Below, piece after piece: positions 16,643-25,137 of a stretch of 64,000 bases of DNA (positions within the stretch are counted from its first letter, which is position 1; the number at the start of each line of letters is the position of its first letter). A program made the translations under genes and the position numbers. The notes under the pieces are model-generated. The model was not told where the DNA came from. It did no database searches and saw nothing but the letters and a program-made list of their open reading frames with translations. This stretch comes from a virus (lineage: Duplodnaviria; Heunggongvirae; Uroviricota; Caudoviricetes), in IMG/VR virus record IMGVR_UViG_3300042564_004737. One strand, given 5' to 3'.

Positions 16643-17427
16643 CCAACAGTTGTTCGTTTTTGTTCTATCATATTTAACAAATCTTCGGGTATGTGATCGG
16701 GAATAACAGCCTGTACCTGCACAATTATATCGCCTGGGCCAGTTTTGCTGGGCAGTCCACGACCCCTTAACCGTAATCTACTACCGGGCTGTGTGCCCCG
16801 CGGTATTAGAATGGTTATCTCTTCGTTGAACAGGTCCCGGACCACAGATTCACCACCCACAATCAGATCCCAAATATTCACCAACTGTTCGGTATGTAAA
16901 TTTGCTCCTTGCCGTTGCCATTTGGGATCGTCGCGAACGCTGAATGTTATTATCAAATCTCCACCACCCGGAGCAATGCCTTTGTACTGCACACTATCGC
17001 CTTGATTGATACCTGCGGGTATGTCTATTTCGATAGTGTTGGCTTGCCCGTGGCCCAGCCCAATGGTGCGTTTGCCACCAGTGGCCACGTCAGTTAGACT
17101 GATGGTCAGTCCTACTCTGCTGATGACTGTTTGTGGTCGCTGCCTAGTGCTCTGAGTAAACCTAGTGCCAAACACATCAAATATAGTGTCAAAGTCAAAC
17201 TGTTGTCCGCCCGGATGCGGGTGTTGTCCAAAATTGGGCCTAGGGTTATCGTATTGCTGTCGTTTGGCAGGATCGCTTAGGGTGTCGTAAGCAGTTTGTA
17301 GTTCTTGAAACTTGGCAGTGTTGCCACCTTTGTCGGGATGATGCTGAGAAGCCAGCTTGCGATAGGCTTTTTTTATTTCATCCGGAGTGGCAGTACGGGC
17401 AACATCAAGTGTTTTGTAGTGATCCAT
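16639..17427 (-). CDS. dnaJ: DnaJ/CbpA-type co-chaperone without zinc finger
   Basis: J domain with HPD (HHPDKGG), G/F region, C-terminal DnaJ domains. Confidence 0.9.
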   Translation of the reverse strand: MDHYKTLDVARTATPDEIKKAYRKLASQHHPDKGGNTAKFQELQTAYDTLSDPAKRQQYDNPRPNFGQHPHPGGQQFDFDTIFDVFGTRFTQSTRQRPQTVISRVGLTISLTDVATGGKRTIGLGHGQANTIEIDIPAGINQGDSVQYKGIAPGGGDLIITFSVRDDPKWQRQGANLHTEQLVNIWDLIVGGESVVRDLFNEEITILIPRGTQPGSRLRLRGRGLPSKTGPGDIIVQVQAVIPDHIPEDLLNMIEQKRTTVG

Positions 17428-17438
17428 ATTTAAGTCGT

Positions 17439-17473
17439 AAAAAAGCAGTCAACACAATAGTTATGCTGACTGC
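17439..17473 (-). terminator. Intrinsic terminator
   Basis: GCAGTCAGCATA-ACTAT-TGTGTTGACTGC followed by a T run. Confidence 0.7.
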
Positions 17474-17484
17474 TGAGTTAGTTG

Positions 17485-17685
17485 TTACTTTTTAGACTTT
17501 TTGTCAGGAACAGCAGTGCCTTCGTATTTTTTGTGTATCTTAATTTGTTTACATTGTTTTTTAAATTTGCCTGTCTTGCTGTCTTTGACTTCTTTGCATA
17601 CAAATTTAGTTTTTGGTGCTTCGTCTGCTGCCATAACTGGCATTGCAAATGCCGAGGCTAATACTAATGTTAATAATGTTTTCAT
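17485..17685 (-). CDS. Small exported basic protein with two Cys
   Basis: Signal peptide MKTLLTLVLASAFAMPVMA; Lys-rich. Confidence 0.7.
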   Translation of the reverse strand: MKTLLTLVLASAFAMPVMAADEAPKTKFVCKEVKDSKTGKFKKQCKQIKIHKKYEGTAVPDKKSKK

Positions 17686-17686
17686 G

Positions 17687-17809
17687 TTATGCTCCCTTCT
17701 TGGCTATCATGGCTTGAATTTTTTCTTGAATAATCTTTGCCCAGAAAGGCTGCGGAAAATTCCATCCTACGAATGCTCCTACTGCTATCCAAAATAATGT
17801 ATCTAACAT
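17687..17809 (-). CDS. Small membrane peptide (40 aa)
   Basis: Below track cutoff: MLDTLFWIAVGAFVGWNFPQPFWAKIIQEKIQAMIAKKGA. Confidence 0.65.
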   Translation of the reverse strand: MLDTLFWIAVGAFVGWNFPQPFWAKIIQEKIQAMIAKKGA

Positions 17810-17821
17810 ATTAAGTTCCTT

Positions 17822-18319
17822 TTAAAGTTCAGGTTTTTGTGCAGGCGCCGGCCCAGATCCAAATGTCTGTGATGGTGCTGTTGAGACCGGAGTTGTACCC
17901 CAGCTAGGGGCTGGTGCAAAACTTGTGCTGGGTGCATGAGGGCCAAAGCCCCCAGTAGTGGCACCAAATCCTGTTGATGGTGTGCTGGTTGTTGTAAGCC
18001 CAGGCGAAAAGCCTGTTGGTGGTGTTTGTATTCCGCCATTGTTGGCTCCACCAAGTTTTTCTTGTGTACGACCATATGCAGCAACCCCTAGCACCGCGCC
18101 CATGGCCAGGTGAAATAGTCCTGCACCTTGCAGTGTCAATGGACTCCACTGAGTAACAGGTTGTTTGAGTAAGGTCTGCAGCAGGCTCCACAGAATTGGG
18201 AATATTACAAAGTCAGTCACACAGGTCAGCATGTACATCCAACCCATGGCTGGACGCCATTTTGAGTTCATCCAGTCTTCTTTTTTTGTTTCGCTTGCGC
18301 TTTTTAGTTCTTCACTCAT
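17822..18319 (-). CDS. Putative holin (3TM holin-like) with Pro/Gly/Thr-rich tail
   Basis: WRPAMGW followed by hydrophobic helices; last gene of lysis cassette. Confidence 0.65.
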   Translation of the reverse strand: MSEELKSASETKKEDWMNSKWRPAMGWMYMLTCVTDFVIFPILWSLLQTLLKQPVTQWSPLTLQGAGLFHLAMGAVLGVAAYGRTQEKLGGANNGGIQTPPTGFSPGLTTTSTPSTGFGATTGGFGPHAPSTSFAPAPSWGTTPVSTAPSQTFGSGPAPAQKPEL

Positions 18320-18585
18320 TTTGCTGCCTTTTCAAAAATATTTTTTTGTATTTTATACCAATCATTCCAGGCATCGACTTTGACTGCACATTCATAGTAT
18401 GTGGTATAGTTGATGGTGATTGTTTTAGATACTTCGCTTAGTTTGGGATCCTGCGGTAGTTGCTGTAATGCAGGGCATGTTTGTGTTGCAATCGCGCCCG
18501 GGGCGTCGGGAAATTTTGCAGAGACTGGCACTGTTGTGCCACAGGCCTGTAATAGTACTACTGATAGTAATAATAGATATTTCAT
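18316..18585 (-). CDS. Outer-membrane lipoprotein spanin (Rz1-like)
   Basis: Lipobox LLQA-C, Pro-rich, follows i-spanin. Confidence 0.75.
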   Translation of the reverse strand: MKYLLLLSVVLLQACGTTVPVSAKFPDAPGAIATQTCPALQQLPQDPKLSEVSKTITINYTTYYECAVKVDAWNDWYKIQKNIFEKAAK

Positions 18586-19064
18586 TTCTTTGCCTCAACC
18601 GGAGTAGCAGAGTCATTGTGTGCTTTGACAAATTCTTTAGGTATTTCACATACACCACCAGGTAAAAATTTTGTATCATACTTGACAACTTCTCGATCAA
18701 TATATTGAACAACATCTTGACCACGCCGCTGAACAACTTCGGTTTTCTTGACAACTCGTTCTACAATTTTTACAGTTTCTTTTTTGCTTTCAGCTTCGGC
18801 CGCAGCTAACTTGGCTTCTACTTCTTTTACCTTGTCACGCCAGATCATTTCAGTAGTGTAGCCACCTTTAAAGTACACGCCAGCCAACAGCACAACTATA
18901 CTGCCAATTTGCAATGCTTTGTAGTATGGCGCCAATGGCGGAAAAAATTGTAAAATCTTATTGAGAAAGAAACAGAATAAAACTGTGCTAACGGCGCCAG
19001 TTATTAATACTGCATTGACTACGAACTGTAAAAAACTGTCTGAAAAGAAATGCAGTAACCACAT
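18582..19064 (-). CDS. Inner-membrane spanin (Rz-like)
   Basis: N-terminal TM segments then coiled coil; between endolysin and o-spanin. Confidence 0.7.
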   Translation of the reverse strand: MWLLHFFSDSFLQFVVNAVLITGAVSTVLFCFFLNKILQFFPPLAPYYKALQIGSIVVLLAGVYFKGGYTTEMIWRDKVKEVEAKLAAAEAESKKETVKIVERVVKKTEVVQRRGQDVVQYIDREVVKYDTKFLPGGVCEIPKEFVKAHNDSATPVEAKK

Positions 19065-19065
19065 G

Positions 19066-19680
19066 TTATAGTCCTAGTACATGCAGTGCGTGTTCGTAGT
19101 GCTTGATGCGATCTTCTAGACCAATGGTGCCGCCGTTGATGCGTTTGGTCAGTGTAACAATATCGCCCTTGTCAGCCCATTGGTTTAGATTATTTGTTTC
19201 CCAGAACCAACAGGCACTTTGCACTGCACCTTCAAATGTGGCCAGATATGCTGGCACATCTTCCACAGCCATTTCTACACTTTCGGCAAATGCTTGATAG
19301 TTGTCTTTGCCTGTGAGCTGAATTAGGCCACGACCGCAATAGCGATATCCGTCACCAGATGCTTCGTCACCATTGCCCATTCTGTTGGCATACACACGGT
19401 TGGCAATCATGGATTCTTTGTGTGCATACTGTTCGGCCACTGAATCACTGGTGAAATATTTGGCAAAAACACGGCGTAGAGATTCTTTGCGATAGTTTAA
19501 ATTTTCACTCAGCGCAGTAAACCCTGCACTTTCATGGGCGCATTGTGCTAAGAATCCGCTGACTCGCTGCGGAGTATCTATGCCGTAGTCGGGTAAGATT
19601 TTGTTTAGTGCTTCGGTCCATTGCGAAACATATGGATTGCTGGGTATGATTTGTTGCAGTTGTGCAGTGCTGATTTGCAT
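19066..19680 (-). CDS. GH19 endolysin
   Basis: FLAQCAHESAGF, RGRGLIQLTG-like motif, TKRINGG. Confidence 0.9.
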   Translation of the reverse strand: MQISTAQLQQIIPSNPYVSQWTEALNKILPDYGIDTPQRVSGFLAQCAHESAGFTALSENLNYRKESLRRVFAKYFTSDSVAEQYAHKESMIANRVYANRMGNGDEASGDGYRYCGRGLIQLTGKDNYQAFAESVEMAVEDVPAYLATFEGAVQSACWFWETNNLNQWADKGDIVTLTKRINGGTIGLEDRIKHYEHALHVLGL

Positions 19681-19740
19681 AGTGTTGACACCTTGTTAGA
19701 TACTGGTATTTATCCAGGCAACAAAAATGTGCAGTCGTAG

Positions 19741-19784
19741 AAAAACCCAAGCGTGCCAGGATGATCAGTCCGCAGAGGCTTGGG
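19741..19784 (-). terminator. Hairpin with U-tract (terminator or small RNA)
   Basis: CCCAAGC...GCTTGGG TTTTT with internal TGC-GGA/TCC-GCA pairing. Confidence 0.5.
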
Positions 19785-19807
19785 CCGTGTTAAGTTTATT
19801 TAGCAGC

Positions 19808-19975
19808 TTATCTGCCGCGCCCTGTAGTTCTTGTGGTGGGCTTGTTGGTGGTGACCTGTGACTTGGGTGTTTTCTTTGTTTGCTGTATAGTTGCAGCAGT
19901 TTCAGGTGAAATTTTGGTTTTAATTGCCTGTGCTGCTTTGATTGCCTGTATAAAAGTTGGTTTGTTTTCCGACAT
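19808..19975 (-). CDS. Small basic protein (55 aa)
   Basis: Below track cutoff: MSENKPTFIQAIKAAQ...RTTGRGR; TAAATA at 20006-20011. Confidence 0.55.
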   Translation of the reverse strand: MSENKPTFIQAIKAAQAIKTKISPETAATIQQTKKTPKSQVTTNKPTTRTTGRGR

Positions 19976-20023
19976 AATAAGCTCTTTCTAATAGTGTATC
20001 TCAGTTATTTAACACAATTGCGG

Positions 20024-20461
20024 TTATGCTTCCGGGAATATTCTGCCAGTCAGACTGAATCTCGTCTGCCCTGACTCAACACCGTCAACACTGTGATAGC
20101 TGTCTGCTTTGAGCAAATGCCAACGATTGCATTCAATTTTATAACTGTGTGTGAGATTTTTGTCATCATCATAAAATCTAGTGTAAACATTGTCGCCGCC
20201 TGTGTTGATCAAGTAAATTAACTTGGTCAGTGTGACATTATCTTTGTGCATTGGTTGATCTCCAGTCATGATCTGAAACCCCCAATACATAGTGTCGCAT
20301 ATATTTTGTTGACACCAGCGGTTAACTTCTTCGTTAAAATCGTCACTCCACACATAGACTTTATTCAATGGATTGGCCTTTGTTTTATATTGACCAAAGT
20401 CTCGATTTAACCGAGACATGATATCAACAGGGATAGCAGGAAGATTTAAATATCGAATCAC
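20024..20461 (-). CDS. Fe(II)-dependent DSBH dioxygenase-like protein
   Basis: HKD...H (SYHSV)...R pattern. Confidence 0.65.
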   Translation of the reverse strand: MIRYLNLPAIPVDIMSRLNRDFGQYKTKANPLNKVYVWSDDFNEEVNRWCQQNICDTMYWGFQIMTGDQPMHKDNVTLTKLIYLINTGGDNVYTRFYDDDKNLTHSYKIECNRWHLLKADSYHSVDGVESGQTRFSLTGRIFPEA

Positions 20462-21312
20462 GACAGTCCCATACTTTTTCTGATATTTGTAGCGCTGATG
20501 CTGGTTACTGTTTCGTCAAATGTTTCTTCACCTGATGTGTAGCCTACTCCGCGGCCCCAGCCAATGTGTACAATGTTGGGCACCACTTGTATTTCATATT
20601 GTCCTTGGAACAATGGATCTAGATCACGCCGTATAAAATTCTTGACCTGTTCGATTGCAAACGGATTAGATCCTTGCCAACCTTGCACATCACGCACTTG
20701 AATAACAACCTGTCCTGTTCGAGCAATTAGTCTTTCAAACAGGGCTCGATGCCCGGCATGCCACGGTTGCCAGCGGCCCAGCATCTGCACCGTTTCTCGT
20801 TGCCAGTCAAACCGCGGTCTCCTACGATTATACAAAATGTGATCGCCTACAAACTCTGCCCATTTTTCAGCATGTTGTTCTGTGATTCTAAAATCGTACT
20901 GTTCAGGTGGAACAAATGCCTTATTAGTATCTTCAAACCGGCCAGCATCAATAGTGTCCATCCATATGGTCCAGTCAGCTTTGAAGTTGTTCCTCATCTC
21001 CACCAGCGGTGCCACAAAGTCACAGATTACAAAGTCTCCGGAACATCGCACAGCAAAATCAAACATTCTAATACTTTGTCTAATACGGCCTTCGCGACTG
21101 AAGTCCCAGTCGTTGTATTGTTTGCGAATTTCGTCTGCGTTGAACCAGTCAACTTTGCTAGTGTATGTCAATGGTGGGTGTTCTAAATTTACCATACGAC
21201 TCACTGGCATAGTAAGTGTATTAGAATTTTCTTCTAAATATTTTTTAAGTGCGGTTGCAAAGAATGTTTTGCCCGAACCTGGTAAGCCCATTACTAATAT
21301 GCGTTGTGTCAT
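20458..21312 (-). CDS. Adenylylsulfate kinase-like domain fused to HxGH nucleotidyltransferase
   Basis: GLPGSGKT, NADEIR, FSREGRIRQ (CysC-like); C-terminal LGRWQPWHAGH and ISAT.IR. Confidence 0.75.
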   Translation of the reverse strand: MTQRILVMGLPGSGKTFFATALKKYLEENSNTLTMPVSRMVNLEHPPLTYTSKVDWFNADEIRKQYNDWDFSREGRIRQSIRMFDFAVRCSGDFVICDFVAPLVEMRNNFKADWTIWMDTIDAGRFEDTNKAFVPPEQYDFRITEQHAEKWAEFVGDHILYNRRRPRFDWQRETVQMLGRWQPWHAGHRALFERLIARTGQVVIQVRDVQGWQGSNPFAIEQVKNFIRRDLDPLFQGQYEIQVVPNIVHIGWGRGVGYTSGEETFDETVTSISATNIRKSMGLS

Positions 21313-21337
21313 GTTAACTCCTTTGATAATTGTCTTT

Positions 21338-22024
21338 TCATACTGGATATGTTACCAGTGGTCCTGCTAATTTGAACATTTCTCGAGTCTTGTCTGTTTT
21401 GAGTCCGGTAACTTGCAATACTGGACGCATACTGCGACTGGCATTGGCAGTGGCATGCGGAACATTGGCCCAGTCAAACACATGCACATCGCCTGCTCGC
21501 CATCTTGAGTAGGTTGTTGTACCATACAAGTAAAACTGTCCGGGTTCCCAATCTGTCAGCATAACACTCATACGGATAACACGCTCGGGATTGTCGGGAC
21601 AGCGTTCTTGCAACTTGTCAATATGCAAATTAAACATTTGACCCGGCTGCTGAAAGTGCATGCGAATTTTGGGATCTTCTATTCCAAAATAATTGCTCAT
21701 CTTTGTCAGTGTGGGAAATGCACTGATGTCAAATACTGCATCGGTCAATTGCAGATCAACTGGTGCACCTGTGTCGCGCAAATCGTTTTGCTCCTGTGCC
21801 AACATGGGACTAACTGTGTCATCATCATTACTGTAGAATTTACGAGTGGCCCAGGTAATGGGCTGGCCTTGTGCCTGCTGTACTTCGTCTGTCCAATTAC
21901 CTACAAAGCGTCCCAGCACTTGAAACCATTCGCCAGTTTTTTCAACTCGACGATTGTCAAAGTGATAATTGCTGTGGTCAACACACCATTGCCAACTGCT
22001 GTTGTATTCGGCTTGATTTTTCAT
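21338..22024 (-). CDS. 2OG-Fe(II) / Asp-beta-hydroxylase-like oxygenase
   Basis: Start corrected to MKNQAE (ATGA overlap). HID...PHATAN...R.VLQ. Confidence 0.75.
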   Translation of the reverse strand: MKNQAEYNSSWQWCVDHSNYHFDNRRVEKTGEWFQVLGRFVGNWTDEVQQAQGQPITWATRKFYSNDDDTVSPMLAQEQNDLRDTGAPVDLQLTDAVFDISAFPTLTKMSNYFGIEDPKIRMHFQQPGQMFNLHIDKLQERCPDNPERVIRMSVMLTDWEPGQFYLYGTTTYSRWRAGDVHVFDWANVPHATANASRSMRPVLQVTGLKTDKTREMFKLAGPLVTYPV

Positions 22025-22647
22025 ATTACTGTTACTGTTATGTCCGATGCTGCATAATTTTGCCAATGTTCTTCTGGCGGCAGTGCAATGCCCAAGGTCT
22101 TGCATAATTGCTGATTGTTTGAAACCTGTTGCGGATTGTGACTATCAGCTATGACCTGGTCAATGCAGTGATTCTGCTGTTTGATTTGTACTGCCATGTT
22201 TTTTAAATCAACATAGTAGTTATCATACCGGGGGTATGTGATGTTAAAATGACCGCATTTGACCCACCATCCTAGGCAGGCATCATTACTGCGTTGCACC
22301 AATACTATGGGTGATTCGGGAAATATGGCTCGTAGAAAATCAATGTGGTTGCAAAAGATATGGCTCTTGATAATTCGTATTCCGGTTGCATTTTTATCAA
22401 ACGGATAGTCAAAACTTTCTTCAAGCTGCGGACGGCTCAACACAGTGAGATCTTCGGGCAGTGGGCATGCCATGCCAGGATCCCAGTATGCTCCCAGGTG
22501 CATGAGTTCACGCTGGCCCGATGCATCATGCCAATAGGTCCATTCATCACGATAGTCCGAGCGATCGATACTGGCGCTGTAGTAGATGTTTTTGCTCACG
22601 CTGCTCCATTTAGAACCCGGCGCACCAGCTAGAAAAATATACTTCAT
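22021..22647 (-). CDS. Sulfotransferase-like P-loop protein
   Basis: IFLAGAPGSKWS (5'-PSB-like), IIKSH, IVLVQR...WW (3'-PB-like); motifs are divergent. Confidence 0.55.
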   Translation of the reverse strand: MKYIFLAGAPGSKWSSVSKNIYYSASIDRSDYRDEWTYWHDASGQRELMHLGAYWDPGMACPLPEDLTVLSRPQLEESFDYPFDKNATGIRIIKSHIFCNHIDFLRAIFPESPIVLVQRSNDACLGWWVKCGHFNITYPRYDNYYVDLKNMAVQIKQQNHCIDQVIADSHNPQQVSNNQQLCKTLGIALPPEEHWQNYAASDITVTVI

Positions 22648-23597
22648 TCGGGTTTGATCCGTCGAGCAACTGGTTGCCAGGTCTGTTGTAGTCGTGCCAT
22701 ACTGGCACGGACACCAGCCGGTGTATGTTCAACAGGGGTTGTGTACATCATGTTTTCTCGAAACTTGGCCGCAGCTTCGGCTGATCGTATAGCAGGAACA
22801 AAATTATCTTGATACCATGTTTGTATTTCTTGAGGAGTACCGGGTGGTAATACCATGTTCCAGCAGCCATGAATACTGAGCCCTGGTGCAGCCTTGCTCA
22901 TTAGTGGAATATTTTCCAATCCTGCTAGTGGTTGAGTATCAGCAATTCCAATGAATTTGAGTTTGCCTGCTTTGACCAGCGGGTATCCCACAGCCACAGG
23001 AGTTACACCAAACTCCACATGCCCGCCCATGACATCTAGCAAGGCCTGTGCAGGACCTTTGTACATTATAGTTTGCAGGTTGTCACTGCCGGGTACACTT
23101 ACTTTGTCCACAAGATATTCCACTGCCAGTTTGTGACCGCCACCTCCTATAGCCACTGACATTTTTTGCCGATTGCGAATGGCTGCAACAAATTCTTCAG
23201 GGGTGTTAATCTTGCTCGAAGGATGCGCCCAGAATGCCAAGGGACTGCGAGCAATGTTGGCAATGGGTTCTAGGTCCATGGGATTGTACTTGATCATGTT
23301 GAGATACCATACTTCGGGTGTGACCCAGTTTGACTGGCAAGCTGGCACTGCAATGGTATGTCCGTCTCGCGGCACTGTTACAAAGTGATTGATAGCAATG
23401 TTGCCATCCGCACCTGGCCGGTGTTCTGCCTTGAATACGATACCGGTCTTTCTTTCCACAATGTCAGCCACAATACGGAATGATATTTCATTGCCGGCAC
23501 CGGGTCCATTGGGGTAGACAACTGTGACGGGCTTGGTGGGTTGCCAAGCTGCCGCCATTAGCGGGGCCAGCAGAAGTGATACTAGTAATTTTTTCAT
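22644..23597 (-). CDS. tctC: Bug/TctC tripartite tricarboxylate transporter substrate-binding protein
   Basis: Signal peptide, P..GAG.., RPGADG.I, YKGPAQALLDVMGGHV, GTP..I. Confidence 0.85.
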   Translation of the reverse strand: MKKLLVSLLLAPLMAAAWQPTKPVTVVYPNGPGAGNEISFRIVADIVERKTGIVFKAEHRPGADGNIAINHFVTVPRDGHTIAVPACQSNWVTPEVWYLNMIKYNPMDLEPIANIARSPLAFWAHPSSKINTPEEFVAAIRNRQKMSVAIGGGGHKLAVEYLVDKVSVPGSDNLQTIMYKGPAQALLDVMGGHVEFGVTPVAVGYPLVKAGKLKFIGIADTQPLAGLENIPLMSKAAPGLSIHGCWNMVLPPGTPQEIQTWYQDNFVPAIRSAEAAAKFRENMMYTTPVEHTPAGVRASMARLQQTWQPVARRIKPE

Positions 23598-23612
23598 GAT
23601 CGGTCCTTTGAT

Positions 23613-23674
23613 TAAATAGTTATGATGAATTACAGCAAGATAAGAAATTTTTTATCTCCTTGTAATTTTATTTA
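23613..23674. promoter_or_regulatory. Face-to-face late promoter cores
   Basis: TAAATA on plus at 23613-23618 and on minus at 23669-23674, between divergent genes. Confidence 0.5.
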
Positions 23675-23694
23675 TCAAACAACGGAAAAATTTA

Positions 23695-24432
23695 ATGAAT
23701 ACCAAGATTTTTAATCTAATTAAAGAAAATTTAGAGATTGCCTTTAATCTAGCCAAGTACTCCAAAATTTGTGCAGACATTACAGAAAACACAGTAGTGG
23801 ATCAATTGCCATGGACACCAGTCCGCTACAGAAAATTCAAAGATGCTGTGGAAGCAAAACTGGCCATGGAAGATTGCGATTTCACCGGCACCTTGATCAG
23901 CATTGTGGACACACTGAGTGAACGTTATACCAATCGATTTTTTAGAGAAATTTGGCGCCCGCGCACCGGTGACTACGACTATACAGGCTGGGCGCTGGCA
24001 GAAGAAATTCAAAAGCAAAATCCCAAATCTGTACTGGATGTGGGCTGCGGTTATCATCCGTTCAAGGGCCGCATTGACAATTTAATTGGCATCGATCCGT
24101 ACAATCATGCTGCGGACTTTGAAGTAGATATTTTAGATTACCGAGTCAAACCCAGCAGTCATGATCATATTATTGCACTGGGATCTATCAATTTCAACAG
24201 CCGGGATGAGATCGAAGCACGATTTGCTCACTGTGTGAACTTGCTCATGCCTGCAGGCAAATTTTACTTGAGAGCCAATCCCGGCATCACACACAAAACA
24301 GGACCGTATGTGGATATATTCCCATGGAACTTTGAAATAGCCAATGAGTTTGCTGAAAAATACAATCTAAAATTGTTGGAGTTCAAACGCGATGCTAATG
24401 ATCGTTTGTATTTTGTGTATCAAAAACTTTAA
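23695..24432 (+). CDS. Class I SAM-dependent methyltransferase with N-terminal carrier-protein-like domain
   Basis: VLDVGCG, IGIDP, IIALGS.NF motifs; N-terminal ITENTVVDQLPWTP. Confidence 0.8.
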   Translation: MNTKIFNLIKENLEIAFNLAKYSKICADITENTVVDQLPWTPVRYRKFKDAVEAKLAMEDCDFTGTLISIVDTLSERYTNRFFREIWRPRTGDYDYTGWALAEEIQKQNPKSVLDVGCGYHPFKGRIDNLIGIDPYNHAADFEVDILDYRVKPSSHDHIIALGSINFNSRDEIEARFAHCVNLLMPAGKFYLRANPGITHKTGPYVDIFPWNFEIANEFAEKYNLKLLEFKRDANDRLYFVYQKL

Positions 24433-25099
24433 TCATTAACTGGCCAGCTGCTGCATGTGCCTGCTCCAATGGATGTCCTACACTAGTGATAGGGTATCCA
24501 TTTTTTTTGCTCCATTGTTGTAGGGTCAGGCCGTCAAATTGGGTCATGTGCGGACGAATATAGTCTTGTATATCTGTTATTGCTGGAGTAGTATGCCACC
24601 GTTTATCAAACATCAAGTCGTCCATGTATGTCATTATAAATGGACAATTTTTTTGTTTAAGTGTGTCCACCACTAACTTGACGCTCATCAAAGTTGTTAG
24701 TTTATCACGAAGCTCTGAATGCAACTGTTTGTAATAAATTTTTGATATATCCGTTTCGTCGATAGGCATAAGCGTAGCCCATTCATTCCATTCATTGTCA
24801 TAAAATTTATTTGGATTGTCTAGCATGAAATAGTCAAACCGGTCAATGAACGACCAATTTATAACAAACAATGCCTGTTCATTGGTGGCCAAATGCGTTA
24901 GTGCTCGTTCAGCAATTTGTAAATTACCTGCGCCTGGCCTTGCGTAGCACAAATAATTATAGTTCAAATGGCGTGCTAGGTGTGCTGGCCATGTTGATTT
25001 ACTGTGTTTTGGGTTGCGGCCAACAGTTTTATCCCACAAAACTTCGTCACTCAATTCACTGCCATAGATAAAACTACAGCCAAAACTTTTTAGATTCAT
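24395..25099 (-). CDS. SGNH/GDSL-hydrolase-like protein
   Basis: FGCSFIYG, GAGN, C-terminal HPLEQAH; paralog at 43089. Confidence 0.7.
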   Translation of the reverse strand: MNLKSFGCSFIYGSELSDEVLWDKTVGRNPKHSKSTWPAHLARHLNYNYLCYARPGAGNLQIAERALTHLATNEQALFVINWSFIDRFDYFMLDNPNKFYDNEWNEWATLMPIDETDISKIYYKQLHSELRDKLTTLMSVKLVVDTLKQKNCPFIMTYMDDLMFDKRWHTTPAITDIQDYIRPHMTQFDGLTLQQWSKKNGYPITSVGHPLEQAHAAAGQLMIKVFDTQNTNDH

Positions 25100-25137
25100 A
25101 GATAATTATATACCTGCTTTATGCAGTGTGTGTTGGA

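Noticed and set aside
17427-17432. TAAATA at dnaJ (and TAAATT at 55741) as late promoters
   Set aside because: They overlap or abut the start codon, leaving no room for a start site. Excluded from the leaderless set.
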